Assembly: GCA_017464765.1 (NCBI GenBank)
Contig: JAFTYK010000035.1
Span: 18,577 to 82,576 of the forward strand
Length of the DNA: 64,000 nucleotides
Origin: Ruminococcus sp.
GTDB lineage: Bacteria; Bacillota; Clostridia; Oscillospirales; Acutalibacteraceae
Reading direction: 5' to 3'
The notes under the pieces were generated by a model, which was given only the letters and a program-made list of their open reading frames with translations, ran no database searches and was not told the DNA's origin. The position numbers were made by a program, and so were the translations under genes. Below are positions 18,567 through 29,295 of this stretch, piece by piece (position 1 is the stretch's first letter; each line of letters opens with the position of its first letter).

Positions 18567-21500
18567 TTATGCCACAAGAGCATTGGCATTGATAGATTTA
18601 ATAACTTTCATAATATCCATCCATACAACCGTATCAGTAAACACATCGTCCAATGTACCTTTGTTAGTAAATGGTGCTTCCTGCATTACGGCAAAATTCT
18701 TCATCATACCATTCTGGACTATGTAATTGATGATTTGATTTACAAAGTAAATCTGTCTATCATCCAGATTAACATCATTCAGATACTTTGAGAATGCCTC
18801 TTTTGCCGAATTGATATCAAGACCTACAATCTCACGAACCAGTTCGCCAAGAGGTTTATCCTTGTATTCTTGTTGGTAATCCTCTTTTGTCCCTAGTTCG
18901 GACCATAGAATCTTTTCAAGTTCTTCAATATCAGCAGTGTTCAAAGGTTTATTGGTATGTAACTTTGAAATAACAGCATTGTCCATATGCTGTCTGATAT
19001 AGTAGTTAACCTTTGCACGATAGTTATGTAATTCTCCACCAGTAGGTTCATATGGATTCTGTACCATATTAACTATATCATCAGTGAAATCGGTTATATA
19101 TGGTTCCCATTCATATGTTGGTATGTATTTGATAATATCTCTGATTTCCTTACGGATTGTTTCAAAATCATTGATATCTGCTCTTTCTACATAATCAGTA
19201 TTGAGAATTCTATCAAGAATCTCACTCTTTTCAGTAACGGCAGGAATTGTTGAAACAGTAGCAACTGCTCTTACCTTCCCCATCAAATCCTTAATGCCTC
19301 TGTGATAAGTGTTACCAACTATGTATCCTAATTCTATTGCATACATCAAAGCATCAAAACGAACGGCACTGATTTCATCCTCATATGGTAATACGAGTGG
19401 AGCAATCTCCTCTTCTAATTGTGCAATATCAAGAGGAGTAAGTGCTTCGTAATTTTCTTTATCAGAATAAAGGTCTACAAACTTCAAATGCTGTTTTACA
19501 GCAAAATTCTTGCGATTTAACTGATGTACTTTCTCAACAAGTTCATCAATGAGGGATGTACGGAAGGAAACCAATTCATCAGTCTGATAAACTAAATCCT
19601 GCAACTTATAAACAAGGTTTACTTTTAGATTGAAAATTCGTTGCTGAACTGAAATTGTAGTAGGCACATCCCTGCCATTTTTATGTGTACGGAAGAACTC
19701 AAAGTTTCCGCAAAAATCAAATATGTAAAACAGTTCCTTATCTGCACCATCGAGCAGTCCTGGACACAAACGAGTGCCTCGACCAATCATCTGCCAGAAT
19801 TTTGCCTTACTCATAACCTTCTTGAAGAAAACGAGATTTACAACTTCTGGCACATCTATACCAGTGTCCATCATATCAACCGATACTACAATCTGAGGTG
19901 TTTTATTCGGGTCAGAGAACTCATCAATGAGGCTCTGTGCATAGTTTGTATAGTTATCAATAACACGGCAGAAGTTTGGTGGGAAATTTGGATACTCCTT
20001 GCCGAAAATCTCGTATATTTTCTCTGCATGTCGATGGTTCTTCGCAAAAATGATAGTCTTACCTATCTTATTTCCATAGTCAACTCTAATACCCTTATCC
20101 ATAAGGATATTCAGCACCTTACGAATAGTGTCCTCATTAAATATCCTTTGATTAAGAGCAGAACTATCAATTCGGTCAGGCATTGAACCATCTTCCGCTA
20201 CGAAGAGGTCCTCATACTCTTTCTTATCCTCATCAGATAAATCATCATAAACTATGCCATCCTCCATCAGTTTAAGTGTAGTCTCTACTGTCTCATATGG
20301 AACGAGATACTTATCCTCTACCGCTTGGTCAAGTTCGTATCCATAAGTAGGGACTCCGCTTTCAAGTTCAAAAATTCTATATGTATCCTTGTCCACTTCA
20401 TTTCTTGGTGTAGCAGTAAGACCGACAAGGTGTGCATCAAAATATGTAAATATATCTTTATACTTGTTATAGATACTGCGATGTGCTTCATCGCATATAA
20501 TTAAGTCAAAGTGACCAACTGTGTATAACTTGCCGCCATCTTCATCTTTTGCATCATCAATACAATGTATCATTGTCTGATATGTAGAGAATACACCACG
20601 GGCATTACAGTTTTCTTTATCCTCGCACAAGTTAACAACAGACAGATTTGGTAACAGGTTCACAAATGCCCTCTTTGCCTGTGTAACAAGTGAATTACGG
20701 TCAGCAAGGAAAAGTACATTCTTCACCCAACCGTGTCGGAGCAGGACATCTACAATAGATATAACTGTTCTGGTCTTACCGCTACCTGTTGCCATTACAA
20801 GCAATGCTTTACGGCGATTCTCTTCATCAAAAGTACGGCATACTGCCTTGATTGCTTCTTTCTGATAGTAACGACCAGAAATATCGTCACTGATACGGAC
20901 ATTGTTCAGATGTGTTCGCATAGTCAGTTTATTAAACTCTTTCTCCAAATCTCTCTTGGAGTAGAAACCACTGACTTTATGTTCAGGATAATACTTATCA
21001 TTCCAGATGCGGGTATCAAAACCGTTTGTCAGGAAGATAATCGGTCTGCGACCGAACTTCTCTTCCAACAAATCAGCATAGAGTTTAGCCTGCTGTCTGC
21101 CAATCGCAACATCCTTACATGTTCTCTTTGCTTCGACAACAGCAAGAGGTTTACCATCATCCCCAAACAGAACATAGTCAGCATAACCAACTTCGGACTT
21201 GTTAGGCATACCTGCAAGTTCGTATTCGTTGTACCAGTCTTTTCCTTCCACCCATCCAGCATCAATAAGCATTGTGTCTATGTAAACCTTACGGGTTTTA
21301 TACTCTGATATATCGAGGGGTTTTGGAACATAAGTAGGTTGCTGTTCTTCTCTTTGACGAGTGAGTTTTTCTTTGAGGTCTTTGTTCTCCTCGATAAGTT
21401 TCTGAATATCAATAGCAATTTCAGGTGCAGGTTCAACTGGTTTAGTCTCTTCTTTTAATAATCCAGCATTAAACACCTGTTCTTCGTATTCATCAGCATA

Positions 21501-21872
21501 ACAATATGCGACAAAATCAAGGAAATAGAAAAGGTTTTCAAGTGCAAGTTCCGCCTGTTCTGGTTTAATATTGCGGACAGAATGTGCAGATGTGTTACCG
21601 ACCAGTCGGATAAAGTCAACTCTACGGAAGATATCGTTGCCGACAATATCCTTGAATTCTATTGTATTGATAAGTGTAACAAAATTATCCTGATAAGGCA
21701 TAATAAGAGAACTGTCAACTGAATACATCCATTTGACAGCAAACTCCGCTGCTCGCCTGATATTAAAGACACACGAAGCAATATCGACACGATACAACTT
21801 CTCGGCAGTTATCGCAACATCCGCAAAACTGCTGAACTTCTTGTCCTTTTTCAAAAAATCAAAGTTGGTCAT
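18567..21872 (-). CDS. hsdR: type I restriction enzyme R subunit (EcoAI/EcoEI-like)
   Basis: ADYVL..EAK nuclease, MATGSGKT, DEAHRS, GLTATP, QMIGRGTR. Confidence 0.95.
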   Translation of the reverse strand: MTNFDFLKKDKKFSSFADVAITAEKLYRVDIASCVFNIRRAAEFAVKWMYSVDSSLIMPYQDNFVTLINTIEFKDIVGNDIFRRVDFIRLVGNTSAHSVRNIKPEQAELALENLFYFLDFVAYCYADEYEEQVFNAGLLKEETKPVEPAPEIAIDIQKLIEENKDLKEKLTRQREEQQPTYVPKPLDISEYKTRKVYIDTMLIDAGWVEGKDWYNEYELAGMPNKSEVGYADYVLFGDDGKPLAVVEAKRTCKDVAIGRQQAKLYADLLEEKFGRRPIIFLTNGFDTRIWNDKYYPEHKVSGFYSKRDLEKEFNKLTMRTHLNNVRISDDISGRYYQKEAIKAVCRTFDEENRRKALLVMATGSGKTRTVISIVDVLLRHGWVKNVLFLADRNSLVTQAKRAFVNLLPNLSVVNLCEDKENCNARGVFSTYQTMIHCIDDAKDEDGGKLYTVGHFDLIICDEAHRSIYNKYKDIFTYFDAHLVGLTATPRNEVDKDTYRIFELESGVPTYGYELDQAVEDKYLVPYETVETTLKLMEDGIVYDDLSDEDKKEYEDLFVAEDGSMPDRIDSSALNQRIFNEDTIRKVLNILMDKGIRVDYGNKIGKTIIFAKNHRHAEKIYEIFGKEYPNFPPNFCRVIDNYTNYAQSLIDEFSDPNKTPQIVVSVDMMDTGIDVPEVVNLVFFKKVMSKAKFWQMIGRGTRLCPGLLDGADKELFYIFDFCGNFEFFRTHKNGRDVPTTISVQQRIFNLKVNLVYKLQDLVYQTDELVSFRTSLIDELVEKVHQLNRKNFAVKQHLKFVDLYSDKENYEALTPLDIAQLEEEIAPLVLPYEDEISAVRFDALMYAIELGYIVGNTYHRGIKDLMGKVRAVATVSTIPAVTEKSEILDRILNTDYVERADINDFETIRKEIRDIIKYIPTYEWEPYITDFTDDIVNMVQNPYEPTGGELHNYRAKVNYYIRQHMDNAVISKLHTNKPLNTADIEELEKILWSELGTKEDYQQEYKDKPLGELVREIVGLDINSAKEAFSKYLNDVNLDDRQIYFVNQIINYIVQNGMMKNFAVMQEAPFTNKGTLDDVFTDTVVWMDIMKVIKSINANALVA

Positions 21873-21895
21873 AACGACACATCCTTATATAATAA

Positions 21896-22888
21896 TCAAA
21901 ATCTTATTGGAACACTTGAAGGCTCAATTATAACCTTTGGATATCCTCTTTCATTCAACATAGATGATAAATTATTAATCGCCAAATCTTGTTCAAATAA
22001 CGGTGCAGTAGTCACATTCACTAATGCTGATTTATCTAAATACAATTCAACATATGGAACAATATAGCCATTACTTCCTCTATATTTTCTTTTAGAAATT
22101 TTTTCATCAGAGCAAAACTCTTTCGGAACCCTTAAAATCGCTCTTACTTCTTGTTCATGTTTAAAATGTTCATTTTTAAAGATAAACTGAACTGAATTCA
22201 TAAGAATGGTTATTATGTTAAGTATATCAACTCTATCTTCTTGCGAACACTTATCATACTCTAAAAGTATTGGTAATAAATATTCCTCAAACAAATCGAA
22301 TTTATCTTGTTTGTCATATATAACTTTCATCACTTCAATATGATATGGCTTATAATCCCATTTAGAAATTTTAATATCATCAACCGCAAGCCCTAAACTA
22401 TAACCCTCATAATTATTTGACTTAGTATAGTAATTCCACATTGCGAGTGAATCACGATTAGTTGAAAAACAGCAAAGATATGTAAAACTTTCAGCATTAT
22501 CAACCAGTTCTTTTACCTCAACTTTTTCTCCGTCATTCACCTCTAATGACTCACCCGTCTTTTTTAGAATAGTGATTTTATCGTTTAATTTAATGCTTCT
22601 GATTTTTTCTACCAATTCTGTAGAAATCAATTTTTTCTTAGACTGAATAACACAATACTCAACTAAAGTATCTTTTATATCTTGTCGCTCTTTTGTATCA
22701 TTAAGGCTATCATATTGTGTGAATCTAAGTGATATTTTAGGGCTTCCATTATTTTCTAAAATACCTAACAAACCATCTGTTGAAGTGTAATGATATACTA
22801 TCAAATCATCACATTTCCCTATATTTTTAAATTTGTTTATAGACTCAACTAAAAACTCTGCTTTTCTAGCAATAAAACCGTCTTTCAA
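21896..22888 (-). CDS. DUF2971-family protein
   Basis: VYHYTS, LND, CFS...LAMWNYY, KNEHFKHEQEVR. Confidence 0.8.
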   Translation of the reverse strand: MKDGFIARKAEFLVESINKFKNIGKCDDLIVYHYTSTDGLLGILENNGSPKISLRFTQYDSLNDTKERQDIKDTLVEYCVIQSKKKLISTELVEKIRSIKLNDKITILKKTGESLEVNDGEKVEVKELVDNAESFTYLCCFSTNRDSLAMWNYYTKSNNYEGYSLGLAVDDIKISKWDYKPYHIEVMKVIYDKQDKFDLFEEYLLPILLEYDKCSQEDRVDILNIITILMNSVQFIFKNEHFKHEQEVRAILRVPKEFCSDEKISKRKYRGSNGYIVPYVELYLDKSALVNVTTAPLFEQDLAINNLSSMLNERGYPKVIIEPSSVPIRF

Positions 22889-23027
22889 TCACAACACCTC
22901 GCAAGCAATAGTAAAACTATAAGTATATGTATATGTAAATCAATTCGTAGAAAAATCTGAAATATCAAGGATTTCTAGTTTTTTAAGTGCTGCTAACAAC
23001 TCAACAAATTGTTTTTGATTCATAATA

Positions 23028-23723
23028 TCACTTCTTTGTTTGGTTTATTTTTTCTAAATTAGCATTATAGTTCGTTTCGATTGTATCCAGTAAATCGAGC
23101 AAATCATATTCCTCTACTTTACGGGTATCAAGATTAATCCTATACAGTACCATTAGGCAATCATAATAAATCTCTTTAAAACTATACTCACTGCTATTTT
23201 TTAAATTTATAGCATAATCTAATATACCATTTACAGTAGAGTCACTTATGTTCTCTTTACTATATATTGACATATTTAAATATAAACTAATGTTATTAGG
23301 ATATTTGTATAGTCCAGAATTGAGTTTAGAAAATTTCTTTCTAATCGCAGTATATATCAAGTCAATATCAAAAGGAACATAAGGCTTTTTATATGCATCA
23401 ACTCTATTTGTTTCCTTATCAAAAATAAGTTCTCTTTTACTATCCGTAAACCTTAGCAAGCCTTTTTTAGGTAATTCTTCTTTTGCTTTGTTATATAACT
23501 TATCCTGGAAATAAGAGTCATATTTTTCATGTTCTTCATCAACGGGATGAGTAACCTCTATACCAAAACACGACTTAGTATCTATTAAATCTGGTTTATC
23601 AGAAAGAATAAGATTACCATATTCTTCTGGAAACAGTACTTCTAAAACGGATTTTGCATATAGTTCATAGAAAAAACCACCACTATATCTTTCCAAAATA
23701 CTCACCTCGATTAACACATTCAA
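23028..23723 (-). CDS. hypothetical protein, possible PD-(D/E)xK fold
   Basis: SDKPDL...GIEVT pattern. Confidence 0.55.
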   Translation of the reverse strand: MNVLIEVSILERYSGGFFYELYAKSVLEVLFPEEYGNLILSDKPDLIDTKSCFGIEVTHPVDEEHEKYDSYFQDKLYNKAKEELPKKGLLRFTDSKRELIFDKETNRVDAYKKPYVPFDIDLIYTAIRKKFSKLNSGLYKYPNNISLYLNMSIYSKENISDSTVNGILDYAINLKNSSEYSFKEIYYDCLMVLYRINLDTRKVEEYDLLDLLDTIETNYNANLEKINQTKK

Positions 23724-23802
23724 ATTAATATCTAACTACTTTTATTTAAGAATATACTCTTATTGTCTTGTTTTCTATTGAAATCAATTTTGCCAACAAC
23801 AC

Positions 23803-24453
23803 CTATTTAAAATAATTGAGAAAATATTGAATGACTGGGTTATCAACATATAGAGTACAATTACCATATAAGTCTCGTGCAACCATATATGGTGATGAAT
23901 TCCCATCATCTGATATATTTAATGAAATAATAAAATCAATTTCTTTAAATATATCTTTCTGAGAATTATAACTTTCAAAACCTTGCAAGTCTTTATCATA
24001 TTTAAAACCGAATTTTTTGAGTACCGTTTTCGATAAAGCATCCGTTGAATAACAAAACATACCAACAATTATTCTGTTATTTTGGTTTTGAACTTTAGCT
24101 CTTCTATGTATCTCTTCTGCTACTTGATTTAGTTGTAGCATTTCAGCATGTGTTGCTTTACTTTTAATTTCCATAAACATCTTGCAATCGTTTATCTCAT
24201 ATAAATTAAAATTACCAACTCGAGCATTATCGTATAACCAAATAAAATCTACCTGCGAACTCTGCCATTCCTCATCAATTAATATTCCAGATTTCAACAG
24301 CAATTTTGGGTATTGCCCCAAAACTGTCTGCTTAATAAACTTCTCTCGAAGTGTACCTTTTGTTACATTATGACTTATTCCTTTTGAAGCCTTAAACTGT
24401 AGTTTCAATAACTCTTGCAAATACAAGTCCATTTCCTGTTTTAAATTGGGCAT
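23803..24453 (-). CDS. DUF6602-like PD-(D/E)xK nuclease
   Basis: KGTLRE, SSQVDFI, MEIKS; ATG 24453 after GAGG. Confidence 0.7.
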   Translation of the reverse strand: MPNLKQEMDLYLQELLKLQFKASKGISHNVTKGTLREKFIKQTVLGQYPKLLLKSGILIDEEWQSSQVDFIWLYDNARVGNFNLYEINDCKMFMEIKSKATHAEMLQLNQVAEEIHRRAKVQNQNNRIIVGMFCYSTDALSKTVLKKFGFKYDKDLQGFESYNSQKDIFKEIDFIISLNISDDGNSSPYMVARDLYGNCTLYVDNPVIQYFLNYFK

Positions 24454-24464
24454 ATTCAAACACC

Positions 24465-25631
24465 TCACCCAAAATATTCTTGCATTAATGATTTTTTTAG
24501 GATTACGAGTTTTTCGAGGCTCTCTTTGACTTCAAGTTTTACTTTTTCGGTCTGTTCAACAAAAGTCGCAAACTCGTTTTGTAATTCGATTGGTGGAATA
24601 ATTACATCAAGCATTTCCAACTGTTGTTTAGTTATCGCTTGTCGTGTTGCACCACCAGATTCACCTATATCTAACAATCGTCCTTTGAAACTAGTATTTA
24701 AAAACATATTGTTTGCGAAGACAGGATTTATTATTGATGAAATGCAACGAATAATTGCAACATGCTGATTGACTCTTGCAGGTAATATATACTCTGGAAC
24801 TATACATGAACGAGCTACAGAAGCACCAGTAATGTTTATAAAAACATCGTTTTTTTCTACGATAACATTTTCAAGTTGTTTCGCTTGTTTGTCTGTGATA
24901 TGAGCTAAATCCTTATATTCAAATCTACCATCATGAACATTCATGCTACGAATTAAAGTAACACCTTCACTCTGATAACTTTCCTTTCCACCTCTTGGTG
25001 TTGCACCAGAACCAATTTTGCTTGTAATGTTTTTTAATAACCCAATTTCCCAATTTAGCGGATTTTCAACAGGGTCTCCAAACATCTCAATAAACCGAGA
25101 TTTGACGAGTTCATCAAGTTTTGAAAGTTGTTTCTTTCTCAGATTAATAAGTGCAAATATACCGTCAAGAGTTTCAACTATTTCTAATTGTTCATCATAT
25201 GAGGCGATATCAATTTCAATATTTCTTATATCTTTTAATGAGAGAAATTTTTGAGTTCCACCTCTGTTATTTTTGGTTATGTATTTTCTGAAATTTTCAC
25301 TCTGCAAGAAATAATAGATGTATCTGTTATTGGCTTCTCTTTTGTTAAATTTAATCAGGGCAACATTTTTAATTGCAAACTCAGTAGAAACATCAACTAA
25401 ATACGGATTTCCTATCGTACCAATCATAGGCATAATGATATCACCAACATCAACCTTGGACCGCTCGTTGATTTTGTTATAATCTTCTAATGAAATAAAA
25501 TTCACAACCGATAAATCAAGCTTACCATCAACAATATTTTTCGAAGTAACCAATGGATACCCTGTGTTGACATATGTAGGTGAATCATGGGTACCATCTC
25601 TAACATCACAAATATCTCCTAATTTTGCCAT
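24465..25631 (-). CDS. hsdS: type I R-M specificity subunit
   Basis: two TRDs (DGTHDSP; GSGATP) with conserved PPIELQ and LVKSRFIEMFGDP regions. Confidence 0.93.
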   Translation of the reverse strand: MAKLGDICDVRDGTHDSPTYVNTGYPLVTSKNIVDGKLDLSVVNFISLEDYNKINERSKVDVGDIIMPMIGTIGNPYLVDVSTEFAIKNVALIKFNKREANNRYIYYFLQSENFRKYITKNNRGGTQKFLSLKDIRNIEIDIASYDEQLEIVETLDGIFALINLRKKQLSKLDELVKSRFIEMFGDPVENPLNWEIGLLKNITSKIGSGATPRGGKESYQSEGVTLIRSMNVHDGRFEYKDLAHITDKQAKQLENVIVEKNDVFINITGASVARSCIVPEYILPARVNQHVAIIRCISSIINPVFANNMFLNTSFKGRLLDIGESGGATRQAITKQQLEMLDVIIPPIELQNEFATFVEQTEKVKLEVKESLEKLVILKKSLMQEYFG

Positions 25632-26059
25632 TATGCCACCTCCTTAAAGAGAGCAATTAACGATACTACTAAAGCAATCAATGAAACATTGATAGAAAAA
25701 TGCTCTCGTGAATCCGAATCTTTGTCTTTAAGGGTTTCTTGTTGACACAAGAAAAAATATACCCCCATAAAAACAAACAATATAGTGAAAACAATTGCAT
25801 TAAAAAGAGTTACTTGATTAAGTGAATAATTCGTCCAGATTTTATAGATGCATGTACCAGATAAAATAACTCCTAATATATACATACAACCATTAAATAT
25901 TTGCATCATTCCGCTTCTTAATTTTGAACTGTCATTTTTACTAGATGCAACTTTATTTTGAGCCCTAATAATAGCATCCGCTAGTTTTTCGTAATCTATA
26001 TCAAGATTCAGGTTCTCCATATTATTGATAACTTTGTTACTATTTTTTCTCTTGCTCAT
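25631..26059 (-). CDS. membrane protein (about 3 TM helices)
   Basis: three hydrophobic segments; stop overlaps hsdS start. Confidence 0.7.
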   Translation of the reverse strand: MSKRKNSNKVINNMENLNLDIDYEKLADAIIRAQNKVASSKNDSSKLRSGMMQIFNGCMYILGVILSGTCIYKIWTNYSLNQVTLFNAIVFTILFVFMGVYFFLCQQETLKDKDSDSREHFSINVSLIALVVSLIALFKEVA

Positions 26060-26065
26060 TCAAGA

Positions 26066-26656
26066 TTACCTCTCGTTTTTCATTTCTACAAATTCTTTTA
26101 TTGTCATCCGATATTCTTTGATACACTCCTCATACATCGGAAAAATAACCTCATCTTCAACTTGAGTATAAGGCTCTTGTGCACTGTTAATTTTTCGAAA
26201 TTTATTAACATCGAAAGCCAAATGGTCTCCCGTATCAGCTTCTAATATAATGTAGTTATCATCGTCGTATATCTTAGCACTTGCTAATAAACCTTTAAAA
26301 TTGTAGTCGCTTGTCCAATGGGTAATCATTCTATGATAATTCACTTCAGGCATAACGATGCGAGGTTCTACTGAATTACCATCAAATACATAATACGAAT
26401 GCATTACACGATATAACTTGCCTTGATATTTCCAAGAATTAACAAAATCTTTATCTAATAATGATGGATACTCTATCATAAGAGATTCAGTTTGTTTTAA
26501 TAAAGTACCAAGTAAGCCATCAAAAAACTTTAATTCTTCAATATCATAACAGTAAGCAGAGTTCAATGGAATCCCAGTCCATTCTCTAAGATATTGAATT
26601 ATGATATGTTTCCAATCATCATCTGAAATGTCCATGTTATTGTAATTAAATATCAT
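26066..26656 (-). CDS. putative ADP-ribosyltransferase-fold protein
   Basis: GKLYRV...THWTS...EDEVIFP matches R-S-E ART motif order; overlaps hsdM stop. Confidence 0.55.
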   Translation of the reverse strand: MIFNYNNMDISDDDWKHIIIQYLREWTGIPLNSAYCYDIEELKFFDGLLGTLLKQTESLMIEYPSLLDKDFVNSWKYQGKLYRVMHSYYVFDGNSVEPRIVMPEVNYHRMITHWTSDYNFKGLLASAKIYDDDNYIILEADTGDHLAFDVNKFRKINSAQEPYTQVEDEVIFPMYEECIKEYRMTIKEFVEMKNER

Positions 26657-28122
26657 TTTAACATTCCTTCTAACTCCGCCAATCCTGCAGTAATTCTCAT
26701 TTCGAGTTCGTGCAGGTCTGCAAACAACTCCTGTGTGCTTGGATACTCAACAGGAACATACTCTACCTTCTTATACTTATTGATAGACAGGTCATAGCCG
26801 TTATCTACGATTTCTTTTTTAGGTACGAAGAATGATTTTTCTGTTCTTTCTCTTTCTGCTTCGGCATCGAGATTATGGAATCTAGCGATGATATCAGGGA
26901 TATCATTATCACTCACTGAGGTTCTTTTATCATCAAGGCTAAAACCATCTGCCTGCATATCATAGAACCAGACATTATCAGTACCGCCGTATCCTGTTTT
27001 TGTAAAGATAAGGATACCAGTAGATACACCTGCATAAGGTTTGAATACTCCAGAAGGCATAGAGATAACTGCTTCTAAACGGTTGTCCTCGATAATTGCT
27101 TTACGGATGTCTTTATGTGCCTTTGATGAACCAAAGAGTACACCATCAGGTACGATACAAGCACAACGACCACCAATGCGGAGCATACGAAGGAAGAGTG
27201 CAAGGAAAAGAAGTTCAGTCTTCTTTGTCTTACATACCTTTAACAAGTCTGCTGATACTGTATCAGCATCGAGAGAACCCTTGAATGGTGGATTTGCAAG
27301 AATGATTGAGTATTTACCTGTATCTGTATTCTGGTCAGAAAGGCTATCTCGGTAGTCAATATTAGGGTTATCAACACCGTGTGTCATCATATTCATAGCA
27401 CCGACACGGAGCATAGTACGGTCCATATCGTAACCGAAGAACATATGAGTATTGTAGTGGTCTTTCTTCTCGCTGTTATAGAATATCTCGTTGTTGTACT
27501 TTTCTTTCAAGTATTCCCCTGCAGCAACAAGGAATCCAGAGGTACCGCATGCAGGGTCACAGATTGTATCTTCTGGTTTAGGGTCAAGCAGTTCCACCAT
27601 CATACGAATGATGTGTCGAGGTGTACGGAACTGACCGTTCACACCAGCAGTAGAAAGTTTCGAGAGCAAGTTCTCATATACATCGCCTTTTGTATCTGAT
27701 TCGATACTCTTTGCCATATCAACATAGAGGTTATCCAGTGCATCTACGATTTTAGAAAGCAACTGTGGTGTTGGTATTTTAAAGATAGCATCTGACATGT
27801 ATTTTGAGTAAGCACTCTCTTTGCCACCGTGAAGGTTCTTAATAAAAGGAAAGATTTCTGTCTGCATGAGTTCGTACATCTTCTCTGCAGGTAAATCACG
27901 GAACACTGACCACTTATACTGGTCGTGTCCTTCAAACATAGATGTATATGGCAGTTCGAGCATCATACTGCTCTTCGCCTTCTTTGCATCTGTTTCATCA
28001 AGGTCGTGTATAAACATCAGATATGTCATCTGTTCTACAACATCAAGCGGATTGGTAATACCACCAGTCCAGAACATCTCCCATATCGAATCAATTTTAT
28101 TTTTAAGTTCGCCTGTAAGCAT
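26653..28122 (-). CDS. hsdM: type I R-M N6-adenine methyltransferase
   Basis: GQFRTP, DPACGTSGFL, NPPF. Confidence 0.96.
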   Translation of the reverse strand: MLTGELKNKIDSIWEMFWTGGITNPLDVVEQMTYLMFIHDLDETDAKKAKSSMMLELPYTSMFEGHDQYKWSVFRDLPAEKMYELMQTEIFPFIKNLHGGKESAYSKYMSDAIFKIPTPQLLSKIVDALDNLYVDMAKSIESDTKGDVYENLLSKLSTAGVNGQFRTPRHIIRMMVELLDPKPEDTICDPACGTSGFLVAAGEYLKEKYNNEIFYNSEKKDHYNTHMFFGYDMDRTMLRVGAMNMMTHGVDNPNIDYRDSLSDQNTDTGKYSIILANPPFKGSLDADTVSADLLKVCKTKKTELLFLALFLRMLRIGGRCACIVPDGVLFGSSKAHKDIRKAIIEDNRLEAVISMPSGVFKPYAGVSTGILIFTKTGYGGTDNVWFYDMQADGFSLDDKRTSVSDNDIPDIIARFHNLDAEAERERTEKSFFVPKKEIVDNGYDLSINKYKKVEYVPVEYPSTQELFADLHELEMRITAGLAELEGMLK

Positions 28123-28195
28123 AACATTGCCTCCTGATTATTCTATGATATATTAAACATATCACAAGTGTGGTCCTATAAAACGGACCGTAGTG

Positions 28196-28402
28196 TTATT
28201 CTGTAATTTCTGCAACCTCTGAAAGTTCCACATTAAGAGCAGTACAAATTTTCAAAAGCACTGTCATGCTAACCTCCTGGTCCTTTGACATTTTTGCAAG
28301 TGTACCGCTACTAATTCCAGCAAGAGTAATCAGGTCGGTTTTCTTCTTAATCCCTTTATTAATTAGAGTAACCCATAACGGATTATAACTGATTTTTTTC
28401 AT
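28196..28402 (-). CDS. Cro/C1-type HTH regulator
   Basis: ISYNPLW...ISSGTLAKM...LLKICTALNV; upstream of hsdM. Confidence 0.85.
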   Translation of the reverse strand: MKKISYNPLWVTLINKGIKKKTDLITLAGISSGTLAKMSKDQEVSMTVLLKICTALNVELSEVAEITE

Positions 28403-28590
28403 AAAATACGACCTCCTATTTCTACAAATTCTATTATATATCTACAAAAGGAACAATGCAATATATTGAAATAAAAATTTAAGAACTTAAATATTTATTT
28501 TAGTTTTAAGATAAGTTTTCTTGAATTATTTTCGTTTAAATTGTACTAGAGTCATGAATTAAATTTCTATTATTCATGGAGGAATCTAGT

Positions 28591-28959
28591 ATGAAACACA
28601 CTTTCGAAAAAAGCACACTAGTACACAGAGGAGACATTTTTTATGTAGACCTTGGCAAGTCTGATGGAACATCTACACAAGCAGGAATAAGACCTGTAGT
28701 GATTTGTAGTAACAAAGCATGCAACATTCATTCTCCGATTGTGACTGTTTGCAGTATTTCAACATCAAAAACGAAGCACCGTATTCCGACCCATATTCCG
28801 CTACTTGCTTCTGAAACTGGGTTAAGTAGAGACAGTATTTGTCTTTGTGAACAACCCCTTTCAATTAGCAAATCAGACCTTTTAGAGTATGTAACAACTC
28901 TATCTGAGGAGCATATGGAAAGGATATCGGATGGACTTCGTATCCAACTTGCACTCTAA
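28591..28959 (+). CDS. PemK/MazF family endoribonuclease toxin
   Basis: RGDIFYVDL, QAGIRPVVI, DSICLCEQ; GGAGG RBS. Confidence 0.9.
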   Translation: MKHTFEKSTLVHRGDIFYVDLGKSDGTSTQAGIRPVVICSNKACNIHSPIVTVCSISTSKTKHRIPTHIPLLASETGLSRDSICLCEQPLSISKSDLLEYVTTLSEEHMERISDGLRIQLAL

Positions 28960-29280
28960 AACAGCAGAACCACCTTCGATGGAAGGTGGTTCTTTGCTTT
29001 GTAACATATATACTATAAACACTGTGAGGGTTAAAACAGATTCAACCGCTACTGCAATATAGTCTCCTATCAAATAACCGAAAAGATAATGGTTGTATAA
29101 AGCACAAGCAGTAATACAAAGTAGTGATATGATACCTGCAATTAATGTGAATTTCTTTTGTTCAACAAACAATGATAAGGCATAAATAAAAAGACATATG
29201 AAACCAAAGTATGCAAACATTGTATTACGGGTAAGAAACTGTAAAATCACATTCGCTATTCCAATTACATAAATAATCAT
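28900..29280 (-). CDS. small membrane protein
   Basis: about 4 hydrophobic segments; GGAGG RBS; 3' end overlaps the pemK end. Confidence 0.6.
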   Translation of the reverse strand: MIIYVIGIANVILQFLTRNTMFAYFGFICLFIYALSLFVEQKKFTLIAGIISLLCITACALYNHYLFGYLIGDYIAVAVESVLTLTVFIVYMLQSKEPPSIEGGSAVLECKLDTKSIRYPFHMLLR

Positions 29281-29295
29281 ATCCGTCCCTCCATA

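Noticed and set aside
19683-21308. Long plus-strand ORFs (167 and 191 aa)
   Set aside because: Antisense shadows of hsdR with no motifs.
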